Positions 19,885-32,710 of a stretch of 64,000 nucleotides of DNA are shown in pieces. The stretch's first letter is position 1, and each line of letters opens with the position of its first letter. A program made the translations under genes and the position numbers. The stretch is from Veleropilina oligotropha (Eukaryota). The stretch covers positions 186,001-250,000 of the forward strand of contig JBEUKZ010000010.1 of NCBI GenBank assembly GCA_048128005.1. The letters run 5' to 3'. The notes under the pieces were generated by a model. That model ran no database searches. It was not told where the DNA came from and was given only the letters and a program-made list of their open reading frames with translations.

Positions 19885-21354
19885 TAAGTGAGCGACTTCT
19901 TCGCCCCAACTCTTTTCAAACAGTGAAGCTCACTTCGCCCTGGTCAAATCTCATGTCGCGTTTGTGAAATAATTTCTATTATGTAATACTATTTATAAAA
20001 CCACAATAATACATCTCTTTTATATTTGCAAGCCATTAATACAAACAAGCCTGTTTCCAGATGGAGATCTTGTGTATTTTTAGCCTTAAGTTTACTGTAA
20101 GTAGTGTATTTGAAGTGATCCACATATGGTGGAGATATTCGAGATGGTTCTATAGTCTGTGACCAACCCATATGGCCACTGGTTAATATATATCCGGAAT
20201 TAAAGACTATTAGTGGGCTGCAAATCCTGTACTGGCCTGTAAATGATTCGCAAGAAAAATCAGACAAGCCCTGGTTGATGGTGCAATATCAATTAAGGGT
20301 CAACCAAGTACACGTACACGGAAGCATGTCGCATGTTCTATTTGCATCTTGTGGATAATTTCACAAATCAAGAGATCAAGTGTGGTAGTGCTGATAAGGT
20401 TAATACTTATTATATATATATTTATATATGTATGCTGTAAATATATAAATTAATATTAATTTGCAAATTACTATATTTATATATTAAGGTAAGTAAGGGT
20501 GAAAATAGGTTATAAATTATTATGCTGATCATTGCATTTCTTCAACATTTCTGCATTTGGTTAACATAACAGTAAAAATTGGCATTCAGTTTTTTCATGG
20601 AAGCTGGCCATCGTTTCTCATTAGGTTGGTGTGAAATGAACTAAGTAGAAACTTCTAGATCAATATCGATATCTCTCTACATAAATTATCATAATTTATG
20701 TCTTCACCACATGACACTAGTTATTTATATGGGCAATAAACACTGCTATATTATCATATATGCTGTACGTATTGACCGTCATTATAGCGAATTACGCACG
20801 TCGTTTATAATAATAATGACTTCACTCACTTGTAAATTTATATAAACCAGTACACGCAGAATGTACCTGATCTATTGCACCACGTAAAATTGTTTGGTAA
20901 TATGTTGCCGAGCAACGCGATGCCAGTAATTGTTCGACGTTTCATCGACAATGACTATGTACACATGAAAGCCCGTCATAAACTCTGTCAGTTGATTATC
21001 TGGAAAAACATCCACTCCCGATAACCTTGCCATAATATGACTATTTTCAACATCATAAAAAGATGTTATTAGTTCTTTGTTATAGCCTTTTGCATAAATG
21101 TTCTTTCCATATTATAGAATTTATTATTTATAATACGCTGTTATCTTTCAGGTACACGAATAGGATTGCTGCAGATGGCTTAGGATTACCTTGCTCGCAT
21201 TCATCTGGATTTATTAACGAGGCCACTTGTGAAGCATTTTTGAATTTTATGCACGATTTGGAATGTACATCTGAAAGTGCAGTGTTTATCTTTGCCGTTA
21301 GTACCTAATGGTCATTTACAAATTTATCTGTGTGCATTGACCAAATAAGCAAAA

Positions 21355-23241
21355 ATGCCAAGTATGTTTCCGATTGTTCGGCTTGTGTTTGTGATTTGGA
21401 TTAACGTTCCCTGGATATCGTGCTCCGGACGTTGTCTCCACGCCTACAAGGACTTGGAAAACCGGATCGCCAACTGCAGCCTCCAAGGCCTGACCAGCAT
21501 CCCGTGGAACCTGGACATCAACACCGCAGTCCTACATCTGGAGCACAACAATATCACGGAGCTCAGCGAGTTCGCGCTGAAGAAATACAACTCCATTAAA
21601 GAATTGTATTTAAAAAACAACAAAATTAGAACGATATCGCAACAGGTGTTTTCTGATCTCAAAGAACTTCTCATTCTTGACTTGTCCAGCAACAGATTGT
21701 CGTCTGTTCCGACGCCGATATTCCACTACATGCCTTCGCTGTTGTCGTTATTTCTCAATGGAAACAACATCTATCAACTGAATGCGTATGCTTTTTACAA
21801 TTTATCGCAATTAACAATGTTGCAGCTGAAGGGAAATCACATCATGCACATCGACGGCAACGCGTTCGTGGGTTTGAAAAACCTTCGTCACCTCGATCTG
21901 CAAAGTAACAGCATCATAAGCATGGGGTACAAGACGCTGACCGATTCCATGGACACGATAAACGAGATCCAGCTCCATAACAATCCGTGGGCGTGCGATT
22001 GTCGAATCAGGTGGCTAATGGATTGGTTGTCTTTTAAAAATTCAAACGTTCAATGGAGATTCAACGGAAAGGAGCCCATTTGTCAGGGTCCTCATAGGGT
22101 TCAAAGGAAACCTATGAGTTCGTTGCCGAGAAACATGTTCGCTTGCGAGATACAGCCTCTTTCTGGTGGGTCGACGTTAACGCTGACCACCGGTGAACAC
22201 GCTCAACTCATCTGCAAACTTTTTGCGGATCCGCCTGCTCAAATAACGTGGTATAAAAATGGCGTAAAATTGATTCCTCCTCAGGAAGAAAGTGACTACA
22301 TTATCGTGCAACACGGATTAACGCGTCGAAATAGCAGCTTATATTTGTATAACTTTCAATACGACAATATCGGAAAATATGTGTGCAGGGCAGAAAATAC
22401 GATCAGTTACTTAGAAATAACTTTTACTCTTACGTTGCCAGGTGTCGATCCAGACTCGATCACCTTGGCAACGACAAAGCAGTCGTCGTCGATAAACACC
22501 AATGCGGCGATGATCGGTGGTGCCGCCGTGGCTATCGTCATCTTCTTTATCGTGATTATCGTCATAATCGTATACCTTGCCGTCAAGCGAAACAGACTCA
22601 GGAGAGAAAAAGAGGAGACGATACGAAGGCAAATATGCGAAAGTCAATTTAAAATGGCCAACTCCAATGGCGTTCAAAGCAATCAGGCGAACAATAACCC
22701 GCATTATCCTTACAAACCTTCGCCAATCGGTGGCTTCTTAGATCAAGAAGAAATGGATCCGCTTTACGAAACTGTGCCCGCCAGACAGCAAATCGGCCGC
22801 CACTCCAACACGTACATCAGTTTCAAGACGGATCCTTCCGATCCGGAGGATCTTCCGCAGTTATACTCCACACGGAACGCCGGCCACCGAGACGAATCTC
22901 AGTCTGAATCGACCTCACCATTGCTGGACCACCTATCTCCCATCGCACACGAGTCCTCCAGTGACCCTCTCTACGAGGCGGCCTTGTACAGGAACACCAT
23001 GCCGCACAGCCAGACGGTATCGCCGTCGTTAGACTCGTACTGCACGACACCCACGTCGCGGGGAACGCCTTACAAAAGCAACTCAATGGGCAGCATAGGG
23101 CTGCTGCATTCAGCGCCACCAAAACCGCCGAGACTGTACGCGTCACGAGACAGCATGTCCATCTCGACCAATGACAGTGTAGGAGTAGTGACATTACTAC
23201 CGAGGCCTGGCACAGTCGACGAGTATGGCACGGCCGTGTAA
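21355..23241 (+). CDS. LRR- and Ig-domain single-pass transmembrane receptor (LIG family, Kekkon-like), 628 aa, single coding exon
   Basis: Signal peptide, LRRNT cysteines, about 7 LxxLxLxxNxI repeats, LRRCT NPWACDC..W..C.GP, Ig domain (LICK...W...GKYVCRAEN), TM helix, Tyr-rich tail, C-terminal GTAV; splice acceptor TCTTTCAG at 21151 upstream of the ATG. Confidence 0.92.
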   Translation: MPSMFPIVRLVFVIWINVPWISCSGRCLHAYKDLENRIANCSLQGLTSIPWNLDINTAVLHLEHNNITELSEFALKKYNSIKELYLKNNKIRTISQQVFSDLKELLILDLSSNRLSSVPTPIFHYMPSLLSLFLNGNNIYQLNAYAFYNLSQLTMLQLKGNHIMHIDGNAFVGLKNLRHLDLQSNSIISMGYKTLTDSMDTINEIQLHNNPWACDCRIRWLMDWLSFKNSNVQWRFNGKEPICQGPHRVQRKPMSSLPRNMFACEIQPLSGGSTLTLTTGEHAQLICKLFADPPAQITWYKNGVKLIPPQEESDYIIVQHGLTRRNSSLYLYNFQYDNIGKYVCRAENTISYLEITFTLTLPGVDPDSITLATTKQSSSINTNAAMIGGAAVAIVIFFIVIIVIIVYLAVKRNRLRREKEETIRRQICESQFKMANSNGVQSNQANNNPHYPYKPSPIGGFLDQEEMDPLYETVPARQQIGRHSNTYISFKTDPSDPEDLPQLYSTRNAGHRDESQSESTSPLLDHLSPIAHESSSDPLYEAALYRNTMPHSQTVSPSLDSYCTTPTSRGTPYKSNSMGSIGLLHSAPPKPPRLYASRDSMSISTNDSVGVVTLLPRPGTVDEYGTAV

Positions 23242-23760
23242 CACAACACTGTGACATGGTGTGACAGCAACACGGTGGCATGGTGCGACAGCAACACTGT
23301 GTGACGTGATGATAGGATGACATGGCAAATGCATGACAGAGCCAAAAACAAACTCGTGCTCAAAAACAGTTGGTAATCATAAACTGGTGCTCAAGTGATT
23401 TGGATTATCCGAGCTGCTACAGCTAAATCACAACTTAACTCTGTGATTGCCACCTGAAATCGTAACTATGGGATAACATTAAGAATCCAAGTTTATGATG
23501 ATGAACAAGCCACACGATAACTGATAATCATGTCATGTGACACTGATTTCAGTAAAGGCTAATCACATTTACGTTCATTTCTAAAATTCATTTTTGTGTA
23601 CATATGATTTATTTATGGTATGAGAGAGAAAGCACAAAATGGCAGTGCACAGGATGAAGTATTATATTGTTTTATCGTCGACTATGATGATGTTACACCT
23701 GTTACATTGCTCTCTTGAAAAATAATAATAAAATACTTCGACGGTCACTATGATATACAT

Positions 23761-24063
23761 AATACTCAGGTCTTATATAGCGCATTATTACGCTAGTGTC
23801 TCAATGCGCTGAACATTATTACCCCTGGTTAAGGGCCTGTTCCATTCGATATGCCATCCCAACTCCCTCTGGGAACATTACAGTCATTTACACGCGGGTA
23901 GCGCTGTGACTTACATAACTGCCAGGTACCTATTTAGATCGGCTGGGTGGACCGAGGCAAATATATGCTTATATCCTTGCCCAAGTGAAATCGCCGAGCT
24001 TTGGGGGCGAACTCGAGACTCTGTGACCAGAGTCCTGTGAACAACACACTAAGCCACGACGGC
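23761..24063 (-). mobile_element. tRNA-derived SINE family 1 (Deu/Nin-domain-like core)
   Basis: Minus-strand head GCCGTCGTGGCTTAG...GAGTTCG; core TTGGGCAAGG...CCACCCAGC...GGTACCTGG; four copies in the window. Confidence 0.8.
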
Positions 24064-24269
24064 ACATGTAAACGATTGTATATTAATATTGAAATTTTCA
24101 ACTGAGACATGGAAAGGACTTTAAGGTATATGACTGAAAAATTATTCAAGTAGTTATACAACATATAAGCCAAGGCCCCCACCATGAAGCCTTTACATTT
24201 AAATGCAGCCCAGTATTGCAGAAAATAGATTGGATTGGATCGATGCTTAATACCATGTATATTTACAAC

Positions 24270-24438
24270 CATCAGGAGAAGTCGTCCTCTCTGACCAGTT
24301 ATGGACAACTGTGATTATAACTCAACAAAAAATGCCAATGTGCCAACTGAGATTCAACCCCACTACTGTTCGTGTCAGCGGAATCAGGCCAGTGATTTCA
24401 GAGTCTGGAACCAAAACCACACGACTGTCGGAGCGGCC
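24270..24438 (-). mobile_element. tRNA-derived SINE family 2, partial
   Basis: Similar to 35250-35482 and 53251-53507 (CCACTACTGTTC...CCAGTGA...GCGGCC). Confidence 0.7.
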
Positions 24439-25791
24439 TACTGCAGAAATTTTATAATGGCAGATGGGCATATGACAAACATCATAATGAAATAAATGAG
24501 TGGTCACTAAATTTCACCCGATGCATTTGCACACTTGTAACACCAATTGATCCAACATGAGGTTTTAATGTAAACCTAATATTAGTATAAAACATACTTA
24601 CGTCCTTACTCTTGCCATAATAGTAATATTATCGCCAACCGGAAACAGTGAATAAGTCACATTATGCACTATTAATAAGTCAAAGACGCAAAAACGTACC
24701 ACGGTTACCTCCCCTGCTCCTCCTCCCCCACGTTCCCCCGCGAGACCTCGCCAAGTCTCGCGAGACTTCTGAACCATAGAAGTCACATGACATCAATTCA
24801 AAGTTCAAAAACCACAAAGGAACGTAGTAGAGGGGAGGAATGCGAAACGCAGGGTGGGTAATCGTGGTAAGGACGTAAGTATGTTTTATACTAATATTAG
24901 GTTTACATTAAAACCTCATATATAGTTACAAACATACTTACGTCCTTACTCTTGCCAGAATAACCTTGGATAGGTGGGTAAGACGTTCCTTACAACAAAC
25001 CCAAACAAGATAATGACTTACTTGTCACCAATTCAATCAGCATGAAGCGTCGATTGTGTCCGCCTAGAGTGGAATTTTACTGAGTATTATATTCTACTCT
25101 TACCAAGCGAGAATTTCGACCAGTGTTACCGGGAGAATACGCCATGGTATTAGTCGGACGAGGTGAACGGAAGTGCAATCAGCCCCAGGCACGGCCGGAA
25201 GGATAAATCCCTGTAGGTCTTACGTGTCATGGACCAGTGGCAGCCAAATGGGACTCCGGGCCTATAGGCCGGTAGCCAGAGGATGCAGTCGGATTTGTAA
25301 GCACACGGAACCTAACAGGTTGTGAAAGCTTTAAATCAAAAGCAAAGAATTAATAGATTATTATAAATAATCGATATTAATAAGTAATTCGCATGACCAA
25401 CTTGCGAACGCTAACATGGACGACATGTCACTTAAAATAAATTTTAAGGAAGCAAAAATGTTCGACATGTTACTTAAAAATAAATGTTAAGGAATCAACA
25501 TTTTTTAAATGTATTGAACATCGTATGTTCGATTACAGCAAAGAACATAATAATATTGAACCTCAATCTTTTTTAAGATTTGTGCAAAATTATAAAAGTT
25601 GTTTTATTAAATTCAATGTAATCTGGCCGTCAACACTCAGGTCTGACATGAAAAGTACAAAATCTTAAATTAGATTTAAGAAATGAACAGACATTGAACT
25701 GCCTCATAGGTGTTAATTTCATAGCACCGTTTGGCCAACAAAAATAAAATGGCGTCGGTAAATATGCAAATGATCAATCAGAGAACAATAC

Positions 25792-28777
25792 TTACTGATT
25801 AGAAGACCTCGGTCTAACAATAACTCTTTGTGCAGCAACACACTGTAAGCTGCTCAAGCCATCAGCCCCTGTTGAGTAGTCCCGCAGATAATGTTTGACA
25901 AACACATTAGCGTTTTTCCAATATCCAGCCTGAAGTAACGCATTGATATTTAAATTATGTCGGAATGCTACAGACGCGGCAATTGCCCGGACTTCATGTG
26001 CGCGGACCGATAAAATAGTTCGGTCGTCGTCATCACAACGGATGTAAACATCTCTCACAGTTTGTGAAATCCACCGCGAAACAGTTGTCCTCGTAATGTC
26101 GCGGGTGTAGGTAGGCAAATACGATATGAATAAACGTAGTTTCCCTGTCCGCATTTCACGGGTTCTGTCTAGGTAGAAGCGAAGCGCCCGTACCGGGCAA
26201 TTGAGGCGGTCTGCATCGTGCCTTCCGACAAGCGTTAGCTTGGGAATAACAACATCGGGTGCGTCCTCGTTCGGCCGTTGGTTCTTGGCTAGAAAGCCAA
26301 GAATAGGACGCAGTATCACCGACCCGTCTGACTGGAATCGTATATCTCTTAGCTCGGAGGAGAAAGCATGAATCTCGGAACAACGCCTGCCCGACGCTAA
26401 GGCGATCAGAAAAACCGTTTTGTGCGTCAAGTTCCTCATGGTTATCTCGGACATCGGCTCATACGGGGGTAAGAGTAATGCGTTAAGAATAAGTACGATA
26501 TTCCAAGCAGGTGGCTTAATTTTTCGGGTCGGTATCTCGAGTTCGTAAGATCGTATAAAATCTGATATCGTTCGGTCGCTTGATAGGCCAGCATGGGCAC
26601 GACACTGCTTTAGCGTGGTCGCGATCGTTGCCCGATAGCCTTTGACGGCGGACACTGACATACCGCGGTCGAAGAGCGACGATAAAAACTCGATAAACTT
26701 GTTCACAGGGGGACGGAGTATATTGACCTGCCGGCTGTGACACCAATCCACGTACTTAACCCATCGGTAGTCATAGACTTTTGTCGTGGAAATCCTTCTC
26801 GATCGATAGATACGTAAGGCTGTAGCTTTAGAAAATCCTTTCTTAGCAAGGGATCGTTCGATAACCGCCAGGCGTGTAAACGTAAGTGGTTCGGCGACTC
26901 GTGGAGTACACGGGTGCGTGGTTGCATTAACAGGTCTAGTTTCTGCGGTAACGCTAACGGTCGATCGACGATCAGATCGAGGAGGGTCGGAAACCAAGGT
27001 TGCGTGCGATACAGGGGCGCTATTAGCGTTATCTCGCAACGTTCGGTCGCTGCCTTCTGTAATACCAGTGATAGAATGCACGTCGGGGGGAAGGCATACG
27101 CGGACAGATTCTCCCATGTCATTGACATTGCGTCGACCGCTAGGGCGGCCGGGTCTGGGTACGGGGAGACATACAGAGGTAGTCGGTAATTGAATTCTGT
27201 TGCAAACAAATCGACTTGGGGTTGCGACCACCGGCGGCAAACATCCCGAGCTACTCGGCTGTGTAGCGTCCACTCTGTGTGTATTATCTGTGATCTCCGA
27301 GAGAGCGAATCCGCTCTGACATTCAGCTTTCCCGGGATGTGTCGGGCTCGAATCGTCGAGTTGAGGGACATCACTAAGCGGTGTAGGTCTATTGCTCGGT
27401 CGCATAGGGGACGCGAGCGAGTACCGCCCTGGTACTGTATGTAAGCGACGACAGTCGTGTTGTCCGTGGCGAGCATTATGTGCTTGTTGCGGAGATGTAA
27501 CGAGAGGGACCGTACTGACAGGAAGACGGCTTCTAACTCTAGGAAGTTGATATGTCGTCCCTGAAGGTCGGTCGGCCATAGGCCTGATGTCTCGTAACTG
27601 TCGAGGTGACCACCCCAGCCGTCGTTCGAAGCGTCTGTGAACAGGTAAGCGTTCGGCTCTGGTGGGGATATAGGAACCGACTGGTCCGGCAAAGCGGGGG
27701 TTCAACCACACTGCTGTCGTGTCGGTAAACCAATGCCGTAAATCGATGCGATCCGTCCACTGCCCCGTCCGTTGTATCCAGCGATCCCTGAACGCCTGTT
27801 GTAACGGTCTTTTGTCCATGCGACCCGTCGGTAGCAGGGGCGCTACCGACTCGATGTGCCCCAGGACAGTGGCCAGTTGTCGCGCCGTAGTTATGTCCGA
27901 TGACAGGGTGTCTTGGATAACCGCGCGTAGGTTCCGCATACGCTTCTGGGTCGGCTTCGCGGTGTACCGGACCGTATCGAAGTCGACTCCGAGGAACGTA
28001 AACGTCGTCGAGGGCACGAAGCAGGATTTTGTCTCGTTGATCTGAAATCCCAGGCGCTTCGTCGATGACAGGGTAAAGCTCGTAGACCGGAGGCACAGAT
28101 CCCGGGACGCCCCGAGGATCAGCCAGTCGTCGAGGTACATATGTACCCTGTGCCCTAGAGAGTGTAGGAAGGCCCCTAGGGCCTGTACTGTTCTCGTGAA
28201 GACGTACGGGGCTGACGATAGACCGAACGGTAGGCACCTGAATTGGTAGATCGTCTCCCCGTGTATAAACCGAAGGTACTGATGAGCCGTGACATGCATC
28301 GGGACATGCAGATACGCGTCGGCGAGATCGATAGACGCTGCCCAGTCGCCCGGACGGATGGCCGCTCGAATCTTCGAGAGGGTTTCTTGCTGGAATTTCT
28401 CGGTACGAAGATATCTGTTTAGGTACGAGAGATCGAGGATCGGTCTCCAGCGGCCATCGGGTTTCGGGACCAGGAAGAAATGGCTGTAAAATCCTGGTGT
28501 GCTGGGCGGCGCGGGATATATAGCTCTTTTTAGGAGCAAATCCCGCACTGCCTGGTCTAAGACCGCTTGTTTCTCTCCGTTTAGGAGTCGAGCGTGTCTT
28601 GTTGGTGGTGCCTCGGTTAAGGTCGGATGCCGGTTGAATGCCAACTTGTATCCGGCACTCACGACTAAGTGGACCCAGTTGCTGTCTGTCAGCTCTAGCC
28701 AGGGCTGGCTGTGTGCTAACAGGCACGCTCCCACCGGCGGGAGCGGGCAACTGGGGCCGTCGCGAATGCCGGCAGCC
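25792..28777 (-). pseudogene. DIRS copy C overlapping RT/RNaseH/MT (ends 26703) and tyrosine recombinase (ends 25792) ORFs, with a 1-bp insertion near 27696
   Basis: AACCCCCGCT versus AACCCCGCT in A and B; the 1064-aa track ORF is an RT-to-ORF3 chimera and RNase H/MT fall in the 329-aa ORF. Confidence 0.9.
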
Positions 28778-31027
28778 CTAGGGCCGAGGCTTCCCTCTCC
28801 CGCTCTGCTTGCGGGATTTCGCTGGAGGTGCTTGCCTCTTTGGAGTGGGTTTATTGGCCGGAGGCCTACCACCCGAAGAGGGCTTCGCACGCTTAGAAGG
28901 CTTCGGGGCCGGGGTGGGCCCAGAGCGCTTCTTCGAGTTGGCAGGTGGACCCCGGGTGGGGAGCAGTACTGCCTTCTCGATGGCACGGTCCTTCATGTCC
29001 GCCGCTCTCTTGTCAACAAACTCCGAAAAGTTGTCACCAAAGAGAGTGGTGGCCGAGCAAGGTACGCATCGCAACGAGCGCCGGGTGGGCTCGTCCAGCG
29101 GGGTACCTTCCAGGCAAGCATCCCTACGAAGTAGGAGGGCATTGCCCAGGACACGTCCCGTCTCCAACGCGCTGGTCTCCTGCGCGGCAGCAACCTCCTG
29201 GAGGAAGGACAGGGCAGCCTCGGGGGCGCCGGGTCCATTCTCCTGTAGTACGGCTATCGCGCCGTCCAAGAAAAAGTCCTGAACAGACGATAGCCGTAGA
29301 GCCCGTCGGGCGGCGCTCTCGAAAGCTTCCAAGGCGGACCAAGGAACTTTCGCTACGGAGGGAGTGTGACTGGCGGTCAGTCGACGCAACGAAGCGTCAA
29401 CACGAGCCGGCTCAGTCGCCAGGCACGGACCAGTGCATTCGAACGGGATCGCTCGAGTACTGGCCCGGAGGTACCTCCCACTACGGAACCCCGAAGGGAA
29501 CTCGTTCAGCGGGGAGGACTCCACCGGATTGCGCCCCTGAACGAGCTTGGTGATCGAGTCTACAACCAGATCTACCAGCCCGGACTGAGGTAAGGAGGGG
29601 AGCTCGGGGGCTTCCCTACTAACAAACCGATGTGCTGCCGTCCTATGCTTGGCTACGTCTACAGCCGACCGAGTCGGTTCCGACAAGCCAAGCACCCCGC
29701 GAAGTGACGCAACGGCGTCGAGCCTTCGGCGGGTGGAGGAGGTCGGCTCCTGCGTGCCTGTAAGACTAATGTCTTCGGGCCCGACCGATTCAGGGAGGTC
29801 GGTGTGATTGGAACCGAGGTCCTCGTCGGAACGAGGGTCGATGTCTATCACTGAGGCAGGAGCCGTGCTCTGCGCCATGGGCAGATGTGTAGGTACCTGG
29901 TGCGGCTCGGGAGCCGTCGGCCAGGCCTTACACCGTTCCTCGATCCCCGCCGCGATCCATGCCTGGACGTTCTCAAAAGAGAAACCCGAAGGCAGGACGG
30001 GCGACGAACTAACAGCCGGTAGTTCTGTCGAGGTAACCGTGGCGCTAGGTAGACGGGCTGCATTGACAGGTCGAACCGAGGACCAGGGTCCACGGGCACT
30101 TGTCGAGGGGTCGAACCCGAAGGACTGGCCCGAAGGCGCAGTCAGTGGGCCGGACGACCGATAGGACTGCGGCAACAGTTCTGATCGGTCTACCACTCTG
30201 CTCGAGCGAGGCACGGACGGAAAACCGCCGTAGAACCCCGTCCCGAACGCAGCCGGTCTGTCCACGTTCTCTAGCGTGACCACGGTGGGTGCACGGGAGA
30301 GACCGGGCCCTCTGAATGTCTCGTGAGCTTCGAGGTTGAGCGGAAAACCCCTAGGGGTAGTCGCATCGTTCTCGACCGAGGATTCAGGTTTCGCCGATTG
30401 TCCGAGTCTTAGACCTACAAGTAGGTGCCCGGCCTCTTTAAAGGCTTTCTCTGCATTGGGTCTGTCCCCGTCGCTAGACGGAGAGTTTCCCGCAGAAGGA
30501 CTAACTGTCCCCTTATTCTTCGAGGCCGAAGAAAAGGATGGGGATGGTCTGCCCTGTTCAGCTGTTCGCTGCGCTGTCATGTATACCTTGCTAGCCGGCA
30601 AGGTATGGCTGACTGCAGTTACTAGGCCCAGTTGAGGAGGAACGGTCGACACTCGGGTCTTTACCTGAATCTGGGGTACCGGCAAGGTTTCGGTGACTCC
30701 CCGAAGAGTCGCGGAGGTTTCGCCGGTGGATCCGGCGACAGACGTCCCCTTGTGTCGGCTGTCGTCCAGCGTCCCTGAAGCAGACAATGAAGAAACATTA
30801 TGTAACTTACCGGTCTCTTCATGACCCTTCTCCGGGGGAGGACCCACCGTGGCAGCCGCCCTGGTCGACTTACCCTGGTGAGACAGGACTGCCCACTGCT
30901 TATCTGATAGAAGAAAGCACAGATCACATTGATGTTGTATACTACAGCTACGGTGAATACGACATTCCTTGTGCCTATCAAATCCGTGAATTTTCTGGGT
31001 ACACCCGGAGCTACTGCACCGGACCAT
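28778..31027 (-). CDS. DIRS copy C ORF1 gag-like protein
   Basis: Intact, MVRCSSSGC to GKPRP-TAG. Confidence 0.85.
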   Translation of the reverse strand: MVRCSSSGCTQKIHGFDRHKECRIHRSCSIQHQCDLCFLLSDKQWAVLSHQGKSTRAAATVGPPPEKGHEETGKLHNVSSLSASGTLDDSRHKGTSVAGSTGETSATLRGVTETLPVPQIQVKTRVSTVPPQLGLVTAVSHTLPASKVYMTAQRTAEQGRPSPSFSSASKNKGTVSPSAGNSPSSDGDRPNAEKAFKEAGHLLVGLRLGQSAKPESSVENDATTPRGFPLNLEAHETFRGPGLSRAPTVVTLENVDRPAAFGTGFYGGFPSVPRSSRVVDRSELLPQSYRSSGPLTAPSGQSFGFDPSTSARGPWSSVRPVNAARLPSATVTSTELPAVSSSPVLPSGFSFENVQAWIAAGIEERCKAWPTAPEPHQVPTHLPMAQSTAPASVIDIDPRSDEDLGSNHTDLPESVGPEDISLTGTQEPTSSTRRRLDAVASLRGVLGLSEPTRSAVDVAKHRTAAHRFVSREAPELPSLPQSGLVDLVVDSITKLVQGRNPVESSPLNEFPSGFRSGRYLRASTRAIPFECTGPCLATEPARVDASLRRLTASHTPSVAKVPWSALEAFESAARRALRLSSVQDFFLDGAIAVLQENGPGAPEAALSFLQEVAAAQETSALETGRVLGNALLLRRDACLEGTPLDEPTRRSLRCVPCSATTLFGDNFSEFVDKRAADMKDRAIEKAVLLPTRGPPANSKKRSGPTPAPKPSKRAKPSSGGRPPANKPTPKRQAPPAKSRKQSGRGKPRP

Positions 31028-32130
31028 AGCTAAATACACGGGAGGGTGGACATGGGTAGACGGGGTAGGTAAATAGGTATATATATGGTAGTTGTGACTT
31101 CTTTCCTATGGAGGGAGTACTACGACAACTCACAGAATTGTCCTGATCTGAAGATCAAAGATCAAGCGATATACCGTTATAAAACCCCGAACTGGGAACA
31201 CCGAGGTCGGGTATTTTACCCGACCGACCCGGTAACCCGGCAAATTGACTAAAACAAACGGTGGTTCTTTCCTCGAAAAAACCGCCCAGAAAACACCTGA
31301 AAACCTCGTGGATGTTTTTATGTTAGTACAATGGCGTATTATCCCAGCAACGGCAGGATATCAGAAAAAACGCAAGCGTGATATCAAAAGATCCTGCCTT
31401 TTAACAACGCTAGAAATTTTTTATATAATAATAAATAACCAGCAAATAGCGTTGTTAAGGAATTATCCAATATAATGAGTTACCTGTTTGCAGTCTCAAA
31501 CAATATCAGATAAATATACCGACCAGAAATTTCAGCTAAACTCGAAACTTTCCCTCTAAGCGGCCATTTTTAACAGCCACGGCGTCCTTGACGACGATGT
31601 CGGTTTCACTTGATGTCCAGAACTTCCTCGAAGTTTTGAGAATCACTCTTCTTATATTCACTTGTGTCTTGTATCCACAACACAGGGTTATATTCCACTA
31701 CTTATAATCGATATAAGTAGAATACTGCGCCCAGATTTAACATGAAATCGGGCGCCTATTTCGAAATATTTGCGGAGCAAAACAACGTCTTTCCGCAGCA
31801 GCGGAAAACTTTGAATTGATGTCATGTGACTTCTATGGTTCAGAAGTCTCGCGAGACTTGGCGAGGTCTCGCGGGGGAACGTGGGGGAGGAGGAGCAGGG
31901 GAGGTAACCGTGGTACGTTTTTGCGTCTTTGACTTATTAATAGTGCATAATGTGACTTATTCACTGTTTCCGGTTGGCGATAATATTACTATTATGGCAA
32001 GAGTAAGGACGTAAGTATGTTTGTAACTATATATTCATATTGTTACAACTTACAAGTCCGCAAATCATACTAATCACAATCGGTTGAAGGATACCGTGTT
32101 TGTACTCTGTTTGGTTTGGATCGATGCTTA

Positions 32131-32463
32131 TAATGATAATGTAACGGTCTTATATAGCGCATTCTTATAGTGATAATGTAACGGTCTTATATAGCGCATT
32201 CTTACGCACATGTATCAATGCGCTGAACATTATTATTACCCCTGGTCATGGGCCTGTTCCACTCCATATGCCATGTCAACTCCCTCCGGGAGCATTACAG
32301 TCATTTACACGCGGGTAGCGCCGTGACTTACATAACTGCCAACCAGGTACCCATTCAGATCGGCTGGGTGGACTGAGGCAAATATATGCTTATTTCCTTG
32401 CCCAAGTGTAATCGCCGAGCTCCGGAGGCGAACCCTGGACTCTGTGACCAGAGCCACGACGGC
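32131..32463 (-). mobile_element. SINE family 1 copy with a partly deleted head and a duplicated 31-bp tail segment
   Basis: High similarity to 23761-24063. Confidence 0.8.
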
Positions 32464-32710
32464 ACAATTTTAACACCCTTCAGGGTCAGGTACCAGTCCA
32501 TATTTCACAAGCGGAAAGCCTGGTCGCCCAGGAAAATCTGCCCTCATCAGCTAGTTACGAACAACTGTGACTATTAAGTGACCAAAGAACCCAGTGGAGA
32601 ACGCACTCCTGTTAATCAGAGCAGTCAATCGAGGGGCCATGCTCGTATCCACTACACAACATTATACATAGTGCATGCACGCATCACTGGTAATACTCAT
32701 ATCTTCATTC

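Larger units (their letters stand above)
24557..32032 (-). mobile_element. DIRS copy C, full length (7476 bp), inverted relative to A and B
   Basis: Left ITR 31807-32032, right ITR plus extension 24557-24805, ICR 24867-24957, three ORFs; the two ITRs match each other and differ from those of A and B. Confidence 0.97.

Noticed and set aside
25792..28986. 1064-aa RT-recombinase fusion as a novel natural protein
   Set aside because: Produced by a single extra C near 27696 relative to copies A and B.
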